From: a virus
Taxonomy: Duplodnaviria; Caudoviricetes
Strand: one strand, 5' to 3'
Virus record (IMG/VR): IMGVR_UViG_3300028888_000064
Span: 32,001 to 96,000 of that record
DNA: 64,000 bases
Numbering within the stretch: position 1 is the first letter of the stretch; each line of letters starts with the position of its first letter. The notes below the pieces were generated by a model. The model saw only the letters and a list, made by a program, of their open reading frames with translations, was not told where the DNA came from and made no database searches. The translations under genes and the position numbers were made by a program. Below, one piece after another: positions 26,255 to 35,700 of this stretch.

Positions 26255-26270
26255 GGGAAATTAATTTCCC
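26255..26270. promoter_or_regulatory. Perfect 16-bp palindrome GGGAAATTAATTTCCC (near-copy at 20591-20608)
   Basis: Self-complementary; both copies sit just after a stop codon and continue with TTA. Confidence 0.5.
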
Positions 26271-26284
26271 TTACTAAGATTTTT

Positions 26285-26977
26285 ATGATAAAATTTAAGC
26301 GAAAAGAATTTAGTAATTATATTTTATCAGATACTCTCAAGGGAGCAGGATATGGAGCTACTGCAGGAACATTTGCCGGTGCTTTAAATCTAGCTCCCAC
26401 ATTAAAGGGGAATAATTGGATTTCTAAGGCATATAATAGCCAAAAACAAAAAACTCGAGAAGCTAGTAAAGCAGGTGCATTTGAGCAAACTACTAACCAG
26501 AAGCTCTTAATAGCCGCTGCAGGTACATTGATCGGAGCCGCCCTAGGAGCTATCGTAGGTACCGTTAAGACTATTAGTGAAAAAATTTCCCAACATGGCA
26601 CTGACAATAGACTTCTTAAGAACGTAATGGGAAAATTAGGAACTATTGGATATAGAGAGGGTATTGACTATACGAGAGATCCTGAAACTGCAAACAGACT
26701 GAGAACAAAAGTTTGTCTGGTTATTACAAGAGATGCAGCTAATATTTCCCTCCTAGTAAATATGGTGAATGATAGTAAGCTCTCTAAGGATGCAGATAAG
26801 ATTCTTAGGAGTTTGCCAGGAAAACCTCAGATAAGATATAGTAGAACAACTGATAAATATAATGACATTACGATCTCTACTATCTCTAAGTCCGGCTCAA
26901 ATGTAGACTTAGTAACAGATATAGTAGATGGATTTATTAAAGCGGGTTATCCAGTTTACCTAGTTGAAGTAGGATAA
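26285..26977 (+). CDS. Leader-bearing glycine-zipper protein
   Basis: MIKFKRKEFS; GAGYGATAGTFAG and AAAGTLIGAALGAIVG. Confidence 0.7.
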   Translation: MIKFKRKEFSNYILSDTLKGAGYGATAGTFAGALNLAPTLKGNNWISKAYNSQKQKTREASKAGAFEQTTNQKLLIAAAGTLIGAALGAIVGTVKTISEKISQHGTDNRLLKNVMGKLGTIGYREGIDYTRDPETANRLRTKVCLVITRDAANISLLVNMVNDSKLSKDADKILRSLPGKPQIRYSRTTDKYNDITISTISKSGSNVDLVTDIVDGFIKAGYPVYLVEVG

Positions 26978-27019
26978 AGGATAACAAAAAACATGTTAAA
27001 AACTATTTAAAACATAAAT

Positions 27020-29245
27020 ATGGCACAGTGGAAAGAAACTCTTGAACCCTATATTAGAGTTCATGAGAAAATTAAGGTTGCAGCACTTAACCCAGTAGCA
27101 GGTGAAGATTTAATCATCGGGTGTGCATTTATTTCCGATGCAGGACCATCTCTACCTACACTTATTACTAGTCAGAAGGAATTCTTAGAGACTTATTCTT
27201 CTCAGGATATTACAGAAGATTATATTTCTAGTCTCGATGATTTCTATACAAACGCTACGACAGGTGGTGATCCTCATCTAGGATCTACTATGTGGCTTAA
27301 TGCATATCGTTTGGCTGGTTCTAATACTCTCTTGGCAGTGCGTGCAACAAAAGCAAAGGATCTTTATTACGCTAAGACGAGCGCTTACCCTAACGACGAT
27401 TATATAGTACGTGATGGGCAAGTATTAAAGAAGATAAACGTAGGTGACGGATTAAAGATTTGTTATGATAGCGATGAAGATAGTGCAGACTGGAAGAAAT
27501 TAGGTTGGGCTATTAAACTAAGAAATATCGGTATAGTAGGTAACCTAGTAACTGAAGATGGAGTTAAATATGATTATTACGTAGATAATTTGTTTGACCT
27601 AGTTGAATATCTCAATGATACTAGTGTATTCTTTAGTCCTAATTATGAATTTCACGACAATATTAATCAGGATGACGGAACACCCCAAACCCCAAGTACA
27701 ACTAAAATATCAGAAGATGCACTTCGAAACGGTGACAAGGAGAAAAATACTGTAAAAGCAGTAGTATTTAAGGAACTTTACTTAGGTAGTCGTATCCTAG
27801 ATGCACTCGACCTTACCGGCTCAACTACTGAAGAAAGCAATGCTGAATATGGACTCATGAACATAATAGTTGGTCAATCTACTTGGACATCAGGTAATGA
27901 GTCACAGCCAGTTATTGCACTAAATGATGCAAATCATTCAGGTTTTGATCAGAAGAGTACTCTTGATAAAGGCTATGTAACTAACGTGTATAATTCAGCT
28001 ACTAAGCTAGAAGTTAGAATTAGACGTTTTAATCATGATGCTGTAGCTACTAAACAGTTAACTAAACCAGATTCTAGTAGGGGCGGAAATTCTCCATATA
28101 CAGTAGTATTACCTAATTCTCTTTCGGCTTTAAACGTAAAGAGAGATTTTTACGAAATTGCCGTTTTTGATCCAAGTGTTAGTGGAGAATCCTTGTATTT
28201 TAACCTAGGTACTGTACTGAGCTTAGGTGATATGGAATTAGTTGATATAAATAATTCCCTTAAGATGGTACAGATAACTTTGCCTGATAAACTTAGTGAT
28301 CTTGGATTAGATTATTATGGCTCAGCAGGTTCTACTCAGGAGTACTATTACGATTTAAAGCTAGATCCCGATAACACATCTCTTCTAGATGTATCCAACT
28401 CTGATATACTCAAGGCATTAGATCAGATTCCTCTTAACGAAGTTTATACCGTAGAGGGACTCACTGACCTCGGTTGTACAGAGCCAATGGTTCAGTCTTA
28501 CATGGCTAATATGGCTATTAACGATAACTTCTTCTATCCAATTTCAACAGTTAATAGCACAAATTACTTAGCTATCGCTAATTCTATCTTACGTATTAGT
28601 CAGGATTTCTATAAGCTGTATGCAAGTGCACCTTGGGACGTGGATACTGGCACAATGGGTTGGAAGTTCTACTGCTCACCTAGTGTTCTTTACTGGGAAA
28701 CCGTAGGTAGAAACAGACGTCTTGGTAGAGAGTTTGCTCCAGTTCTTGGTCAGACTAATGGTATCGCACAATATCAGAAGCCTGTAGCTGAATTCAATAA
28801 GAAGACCCGTCAGCTACTTCTTTCTAAGAAGATCAATACTGTTCTTTGGGATGTTCAGACTCAAGCTTGGGACTGGAACGACAACTATACAAAGCAGACT
28901 GAAAACAACATTATGTCTGATGAGGCTAATAGCCGCTTGATGATTCGTATTAGCAAGGCTATGCCAGTACTTCTCCGTCAGTTTATTGGTAGAAGAATTG
29001 GTGCTGTCCTTTGGAATGACATGTATAATGTAATCGACTACTGGTTTAAGACTACTATTCTAGGCATGACTTATACAATTGATGGTTATAGAATTACAAT
29101 TGATGAGTCTAACAATACCCCAGAAGATGCTCGTGCAAATCGAGTGAACGTTTTAGTGGAAGTTCGTTATCAGAGAGCTGCTAAGTATATTGAAGTTTAT
29201 AACAACGCATTCGACGTTGGTATGGAATTCGACGGCATTATGTAA
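27020..29245 (+). CDS. Contractile tail sheath protein
   Basis: N-terminal AGPSLPTLITSQKEF; C-terminal APVLG...KKINTV...SRLMIRI...RQFIG...DESNNTPEDARANRVNVLVEV, typical of gp18/Phage_sheath_1C. Confidence 0.9.
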   Translation: MAQWKETLEPYIRVHEKIKVAALNPVAGEDLIIGCAFISDAGPSLPTLITSQKEFLETYSSQDITEDYISSLDDFYTNATTGGDPHLGSTMWLNAYRLAGSNTLLAVRATKAKDLYYAKTSAYPNDDYIVRDGQVLKKINVGDGLKICYDSDEDSADWKKLGWAIKLRNIGIVGNLVTEDGVKYDYYVDNLFDLVEYLNDTSVFFSPNYEFHDNINQDDGTPQTPSTTKISEDALRNGDKEKNTVKAVVFKELYLGSRILDALDLTGSTTEESNAEYGLMNIIVGQSTWTSGNESQPVIALNDANHSGFDQKSTLDKGYVTNVYNSATKLEVRIRRFNHDAVATKQLTKPDSSRGGNSPYTVVLPNSLSALNVKRDFYEIAVFDPSVSGESLYFNLGTVLSLGDMELVDINNSLKMVQITLPDKLSDLGLDYYGSAGSTQEYYYDLKLDPDNTSLLDVSNSDILKALDQIPLNEVYTVEGLTDLGCTEPMVQSYMANMAINDNFFYPISTVNSTNYLAIANSILRISQDFYKLYASAPWDVDTGTMGWKFYCSPSVLYWETVGRNRRLGREFAPVLGQTNGIAQYQKPVAEFNKKTRQLLLSKKINTVLWDVQTQAWDWNDNYTKQTENNIMSDEANSRLMIRISKAMPVLLRQFIGRRIGAVLWNDMYNVIDYWFKTTILGMTYTIDGYRITIDESNNTPEDARANRVNVLVEVRYQRAAKYIEVYNNAFDVGMEFDGIM

Positions 29246-29256
29246 TTATAATTTAA

Positions 29257-29299
29257 TGGGTAATACCTCATTTTGATGGTGGGGTATTACTCAATTTTT
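29257..29299 (+). terminator. Terminator-like hairpin after the sheath gene
   Basis: TGGGTAATACCTCA...TGGGGTATTACTCA followed by ATTTTT. Confidence 0.7.
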
Positions 29300-29308
29300 A
29301 TTCAATAT

Positions 29309-30106
29309 ATGGATAAGACATTATTAGTAGATCTCAAAAAGAAGATGTTCATGAGATCTGCCTTAATCTCCTTAGAGGATTCATTGGATGATGTTCTATC
29401 GCTTAGTGCTTCATTGACAGCGGATGAGATTCTCCTAGAGATTATCAAAAAAGCTCTAAGGGAATTCGAACTAACTAATCCACTTATCCTTGAAATGCCA
29501 ATGTCTAGAGAACAGATGTTAAGTTGTACTGCTCCCAATGGCTTCCTAGAAGTAAAAAGTAATTTTACTCTATACTTAAAGTGCATGATTCCGGAATATA
29601 GGATTATCCTAGTTCCAGTATCAATGCCATGTTGGAGAGTAGGAGATAATTCTGTAACAACTAATTTCTCCTCCTATATAGGAGGTACTAGTATTCCTCA
29701 ACCAGGTGCTTATACTTACTTTACTGAATATAGAAAACCTTATGTTTTTGTAGGTGACTTAGGCTTATTGCAAGGATTGGGGGGTAGTGGTATTATAATG
29801 AAAGGTATTTGTAGCAGACCAATAACTCCAGATTGGACGGAAGATAAGAAGTTTAATTCAGCATCGGAAACTTCTGCTGTATATTGGATGGATGTAGAGA
29901 CTGGAGGTGCAAGAGGTAACTACTTCATGGATCTCTGTATGGTTCATCTCTTAGACTACATTCGTCAATTGAAGGCATCTATTTCACTCAACAATGTATC
30001 AGTTGATGTTATGGGTAATGTTGATTCAGCTTATCAAGAGCTTCGAAGTAGGTGTGACCAATATGCATTACAATCTGGATGGTATGGCGAACTATTATAT
30101 AACTAG
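29309..30106 (+). CDS. Putative neck/head-completion protein (gp13-like)
   Basis: Likely start MDKTLL at 29309; size, position and the C-terminal VSVDVMG...YQEL segment resemble neck proteins. Confidence 0.45.
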   Translation: MDKTLLVDLKKKMFMRSALISLEDSLDDVLSLSASLTADEILLEIIKKALREFELTNPLILEMPMSREQMLSCTAPNGFLEVKSNFTLYLKCMIPEYRIILVPVSMPCWRVGDNSVTTNFSSYIGGTSIPQPGAYTYFTEYRKPYVFVGDLGLLQGLGGSGIIMKGICSRPITPDWTEDKKFNSASETSAVYWMDVETGGARGNYFMDLCMVHLLDYIRQLKASISLNNVSVDVMGNVDSAYQELRSRCDQYALQSGWYGELLYN

Positions 30107-30109
30107 TAT

Positions 30110-30664
30110 ATGATTATACTCAGACAAAAAGAATATGCTTCGAGGTTATTGAAAGCCGTAAGATCAATCAAGCGAGCAGGAAATAATGTGATGACTGCAG
30201 TTGATAATGCAGGTCTAAAGGCTGGTAATACCATAAAAAAAGCTATTACAGGTAAGAATATTCCTGTATCAGCAGAAGCTAATTTTAAGCCCAAGTCTAA
30301 TTTTCAAATTAATAGGGAGACGGTTAGAGTAAAAAATGCCGTAAAGGATGCTACTAATGCGATTAAAGAACGTCCAGGGGCAGTACTTGATGATGGCATA
30401 AGTTTCGCGGCTAAGAGTCCGATTGCAGCTGCAGGACAAGTAGGTAGTGTTACTCTTCCTCTTGCCAATCCCATATTTTTAGGTATTCCAATAGGTACTC
30501 CTTCAGTTGCTATTGATGTGGCAGCTAAGAAGCTCATTAAACCGTATGGTAGATATACAGAAAGAATTGCGAGAGCATATGATAGATCTAACTTTAGCAG
30601 AAATCTTAGAAGAATGCCTAATGCAACAGAAGTGGTTGACAACTTGAAGAGAAAGTTTAAATAA
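30110..30664 (+). CDS. Leader-bearing basic protein
   Basis: MIILRQKEYA. Confidence 0.75.
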   Translation: MIILRQKEYASRLLKAVRSIKRAGNNVMTAVDNAGLKAGNTIKKAITGKNIPVSAEANFKPKSNFQINRETVRVKNAVKDATNAIKERPGAVLDDGISFAAKSPIAAAGQVGSVTLPLANPIFLGIPIGTPSVAIDVAAKKLIKPYGRYTERIARAYDRSNFSRNLRRMPNATEVVDNLKRKFK

Positions 30665-30681
30665 TAAACGTAATAATACGT

Positions 30682-32274
30682 ATGATAAAATTTAAGAAAA
30701 AAGAGTTTACTATACCTGAGGGATATTACTCTGGACCGAAAGATTTGACAAAAATCCCGGGAACCCTTGAATTGATAGGAAAAGGGTCTACTATTGGAGC
30801 AATTACTGGTGGTATTGCCGGAAAATTTATAGAAGATTCAAGTATTATTGACGGTGCAATAACAGGATCTAAGGTAGGAACTCTCAGTGGTATAGCAGCT
30901 AAACTATTACTAAACTACATACATAAGCCAATGACCAAGATTAAGTACCAGGAGGTTGACAGAAATATTCGTAGACAGTTTGGCGTTTATCAAATCTCAG
31001 GCTTTACTGTAGGAGATAATATTACCAACAGAGGTAATATTAGGGATAAGTTTAGCTATAACGATAGAAATGTTTGTGACTATAAGATAAACTTTGCGAT
31101 TTATGATAATAAAATCACTATGTATACTTTTGGCATGACAAAGGATGAGCTGAACGGTGTATCTAAGATACTAGATGAATATTGTAAGAAATATTTTGCA
31201 ATGAAATATTCCGCTAAGCTTATCAACCAAAGGGTATATTCTTATGCGGTAGATATTATATTTACCAATTACCAGGTAATTAGTAATTTTATCATAGAGT
31301 TAAGTGATTTTATTAAAAGTAAGATAAATCTCTTAGATAACAATGCAATAGTTAGTCTTAGGTTATCGGAGAGTGCCGAAAATTTCAATGAAGAAGAGAG
31401 AACCTATTCGGTAAGTTCTCTTAATAAATATGATTTGATAAAAATCTTAACTAAAGGTGTATTATCAGGTATCAATTTCACTAACAAACTTAGAACAGAT
31501 ACATCCACTGCAATATTAAGTGCAATATTAGAAGGCATTAAGCATTTGGGGAAAAATGAGGTTAATAAAATTACAGGAAGCTCAGGTCAAAGAGTTACCG
31601 ACCTAAACAATGTATTTTTAGAGAGTGAACTAAAGAAACTTCACTACGTAGATGGGTTTAGCTACACTACTGGTAATGAGGCCACAAAATTAAATATGTC
31701 TCTAAATTCGGGAATCTTTATTATAACTGCGGTTAAAGAATTGGAGAAAGAGCTTGATAAGAAAGTTTGGAAAATTTTCCCAGAAAAAATAAATAAATCT
31801 AAGATTGGTGGAGTAAATGTATACACTTATGTAGTAAAGAGTCTAAGTGAATTCGAAATGCTCTTAAATAAAGTAATGTCTGTGGAATGTGATACTAAAC
31901 CAAATATATTTGATAACCCTGCATTTAAGAAAAAATTCTTTTCAAGTAACATGATAGAAAAATTAGTAGATAAATTAGAAAAAAATAGATTAGAGGATTT
32001 TGAAGTTAGTGATAGAATCCCTAAAGATGTAATTAGTGTTACAACAGATCTAAAGGATATTAGAATATATATACCTACCGACTTAGACTATGCTCAGTAT
32101 GAGATTGACGATGAAATTAGGCGAAATGCTAAATTTCTCAGAACAAAGACTGTTTTAGATAGGAATATGTATATAATGACTCTAATCGGAGGAACACTAA
32201 CACTTAGTCAACTTTATAATGTTATTAAGTACATAATCGAGGAACTAGGATTTTGTACTTTATTAGATCAATAA
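30682..32274 (+). CDS. Leader-bearing multidomain protein with glycine zipper
   Basis: MIKFKKKEFT; internal ERTYS and KKFFS sites. Confidence 0.7.
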   Translation: MIKFKKKEFTIPEGYYSGPKDLTKIPGTLELIGKGSTIGAITGGIAGKFIEDSSIIDGAITGSKVGTLSGIAAKLLLNYIHKPMTKIKYQEVDRNIRRQFGVYQISGFTVGDNITNRGNIRDKFSYNDRNVCDYKINFAIYDNKITMYTFGMTKDELNGVSKILDEYCKKYFAMKYSAKLINQRVYSYAVDIIFTNYQVISNFIIELSDFIKSKINLLDNNAIVSLRLSESAENFNEEERTYSVSSLNKYDLIKILTKGVLSGINFTNKLRTDTSTAILSAILEGIKHLGKNEVNKITGSSGQRVTDLNNVFLESELKKLHYVDGFSYTTGNEATKLNMSLNSGIFIITAVKELEKELDKKVWKIFPEKINKSKIGGVNVYTYVVKSLSEFEMLLNKVMSVECDTKPNIFDNPAFKKKFFSSNMIEKLVDKLEKNRLEDFEVSDRIPKDVISVTTDLKDIRIYIPTDLDYAQYEIDDEIRRNAKFLRTKTVLDRNMYIMTLIGGTLTLSQLYNVIKYIIEELGFCTLLDQ

Positions 32275-32278
32275 TAAT

Positions 32279-32716
32279 ATGTCAGCAGAAAGTATGACCT
32301 CCAGACTATTTGATAAAGCCCAATCTTTATATCAAATAGGTTTAAAACAAATAAAAGTTCAGTTAGCCCTCAATGGCACTAAATTCATTGTCCTCAGACC
32401 AAAAGATAATTCTAAGTGGAAGAGTGTATTTGGGGGTTCATACTCCTCTGATAGTACCTTAGAAAATGACTACGAGCAATTTGATACAGTACTTGTAGTT
32501 AATACTGGTGATATGAAGGATGTATGGAATAGAAACCGAGATTCCTTAGATGCTTGGACAAACGATGGATCTTTGGAAGTTGGCGATGAACTTCAGTATA
32601 CCAGAGATGGGAGAACTTATAGATTCAAAATTTCTCTAAAACAAAGTTTTAGTGAAGCTGCATCATCGTTATTTGAATATACTCTTATGAGTATCATTGA
32701 AACATTGGATATGTAA
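32279..32716 (+). CDS. Putative head-closure/neck protein
   Basis: 145 aa, beta-rich C-terminus (LEVGDEL...YRF); positional inference. Confidence 0.4.
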   Translation: MSAESMTSRLFDKAQSLYQIGLKQIKVQLALNGTKFIVLRPKDNSKWKSVFGGSYSSDSTLENDYEQFDTVLVVNTGDMKDVWNRNRDSLDAWTNDGSLEVGDELQYTRDGRTYRFKISLKQSFSEAASSLFEYTLMSIIETLDM

Positions 32717-32717
32717 A

Positions 32718-35700
32718 ATGGATAAAGAGGTTAAGAGAGATAATATGATCCCAGGGAGTTGTGAAGAATTTACAAGACCTGAGGAAATAAAAGCTCTAAG
32801 TAAATATCTTCGAAAGGTAAAAAAAGATCTTGAGGACAATACTTATTTAATTCGAGATAACCTAGAACTTTATGGTAGAGCAGATGGTAGAACAATGAGG
32901 CATATAGATGAGCTACCCGATAAAGTTGAATCCTTACAAAAGGGAGATCATCCTGAAGTTTCTACCCTCCCTGGATATAAAGAAGTATTAGGTGCTAAGG
33001 ATACTATTGAAGAATTACCTGGAGATAAAATTTCATTAGATGATGTAAGCCAAGAAACCTCCTTAAGTGATCATATAGAAACAATAGAAGTAACTGATAA
33101 ACCTTTTCTCGAAAAGAGACTAGAAATTTTAGAGAATGCTATCAGAGAAGCAGAACTTGAAAATGAAAAGGTATTATTAGAGGACAATACAGAAACTAAG
33201 CTAGATAATTATAAGTCAAGGCTACAGGATACAGAACAAGATATAGAGCTTTCTTCTACTAGAGAAGACCTGGGTAATACTGATAAACCCATAGACCTGC
33301 CAAAGAAAAAAGAAATACTGGAAGATAGCAATAGTAATCTGGACAAGTTAGGAGATTACGTAGAAACACTACATCCAAGCGTAGAGCCACCTCACCTAGA
33401 AGATCATAGAGAGGATCTAATTGTAAAAGACGAAGCTAGTTTAAGTGACGTTAGCGAGGCTCTCCCTAAAGATGTCGTACTACAGGAACACGAGCAATTC
33501 GATCCTAATAGAGATACTCTTTATGATGCAAATATTGCACGACCTGGTGGGGATAATGATGGAGATTCTACACTAGAAGACTACGTAGATCCACTACTAG
33601 GAAAGAGAGAGGATCCTAAGCTTCATGATGAATCAACTATTACAAAAATTCAACCTAAACCTGAAGAAGTTAAACTTCACGACGATTCAACTATCACAAG
33701 AGTTAAGCCAAGTCCGGAGGAGGTTGAATTACATGATGATTCTACTATTACAAGGATTGAACCTAGTCCAGAAGAAGTAGAGTTACATGATGAGTCTACA
33801 GTAACAAAAATAAAGCCTAGTCCTGAAGAGCCAGAGATTCATGATGATTCTACTATAACTCCTATCTTAGGAAAAATACCGGAACCAGAATTATCAGACA
33901 AATCTGAGCAAATCGTTGGTAAAATTCCAACCCCTAGATTAAATGATGATTCAACAATTACGAAGATTCAACCAGGACCCACCTATCCAGAGCTACACGA
34001 TGATTCAACTGTTACAAGGATTCAACCCAGACCTGAGGAAGTTGAATTACATGATGAGTCTACTATCACCAAAATTCAACCAAGTCCAGAGGAAGTTGAA
34101 TTACACGATGAATCTACTATAACAAAAATTCAACCTAAACCTGAAGAAGTAGGGCTACATGATGAATCTACAGTAGTTCAGATAGAACCTTCTCCCGAGG
34201 AAGTAGAGTTACATGATGAATCTACAAGAACATCCATAGATGATGCAGCTTCAGGAGAACATGCGCAGTTTAATCCAGATGGAGATTCTTTATACGATGC
34301 TAATATTATTCTCCCAGGTAATATAGTAGATCCTGAGTTACATGACGATTCAACAGTAACTAAAATTCAACCAAGTCCGGAGGAAGTAGAATTACATGAT
34401 GAATCTACTGTAACTAAGATAGAACCAAGTCCTGAAGAAGTAGAGCTCCACGATGAATCTACTATAGTTCAGATAGAGCCTGGACCTGAGGAAGTTGAAC
34501 TTCACGACGATTCCACTATTACAAGAATAGAACCTAGTCCAGAGGAAGTTGAATTACATGATGATTCTACTGTAACTAAGATAGAACCTAGTCCAGAAGA
34601 AGTAGAGTTACATGACAATTCTACTATCACAAAGATTGAACCTAGTCCTGAAGAAGTCGAACTTCATGATGATTCTACAATAACTAAGATAGAACCAAAA
34701 CCTGAAGAGGTAGAGTTACACGATGAATCTACAGTAACTAAGATAGAACCTAGTCCAGTTGATCCTGAACTTCATGATAATTCTACAATCACCAAAATAG
34801 AACCTGGGCCTGAAGAAGTTGAACTTCATGACGAATCTACTATTACTAAGATAGGTCCAAATCCAGATCCTGAGTTACATGATGATTCAACAGTAACTAA
34901 AATTCAACCCGAACCTGAAGAGGTAGAGTTAACAGGTAGTTCGTCTATTTCTCACTTAGATATTCCGAAAGAACTATCTACAGAGGTACAAGTTAAGTTT
35001 GATCCAAATATAAATAAGCATACCGCTAGAACCAGTGGTATCCCATCAGAGAATCCTATTGGTTGGGGAGAAACTTTAGATGATATTGTAGAAGATATTG
35101 TAGGTGATATTCCGGAAAATTCACTATCAGAGAAAAAGGTCGAATTAGAGGACACTAGTCCCGAGGATAGCATTGAAAAACATAAAGAACTCTTAATAGA
35201 TACTAGCCCTGAAGATAGTATTGAAAAACATAAAGAACTTCTGGTAGATACTAGTCCTGAGGATAAGTTGGTCAGCAAAAAGATAATTGAGGAAAATAAT
35301 ATAGAGGCTGATGAGGAAAAGTTTGTACCATACTTAGAGGCAAAAAGAAAGAAAAAACTAGAAGGCTGGGTAAAAGAAAAAAGAAGACAGGTTGACCTAG
35401 AAACTAAAGTAGTTCCTGGTATTCCTGCCCCTACTAATTCTCTTGCAGATGGTCCAGTAGAAGATTTAATTAGGGATATTAGTATGTTAAGGGATAAAGA
35501 TCTTAATGTTTATTACCAAAACATACTTAAGTTTGCGAATGACAATGTAAAGAATTTAGGGAAATGGGGAGAAAAGGCCAGAAGTATTATGTCATCCCTT
35601 GCATCTTCTAAAATGACTTCTGAAGATCTAGAAAACTTTGAAAAAAGACTGTATGGTTCAATAATTCTAGAAGATTACGCAACTAGAAAAGAGGATAGAA

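Noticed and set aside
33615-34930. CRISPR array or DGR template/variable repeat
   Set aside because: Repeats are in-frame 54-nt coding units with synonymous variation. There are no spacers, no adenine-specific mismatch pattern noticed, and no cas or reverse transcriptase gene in the window.
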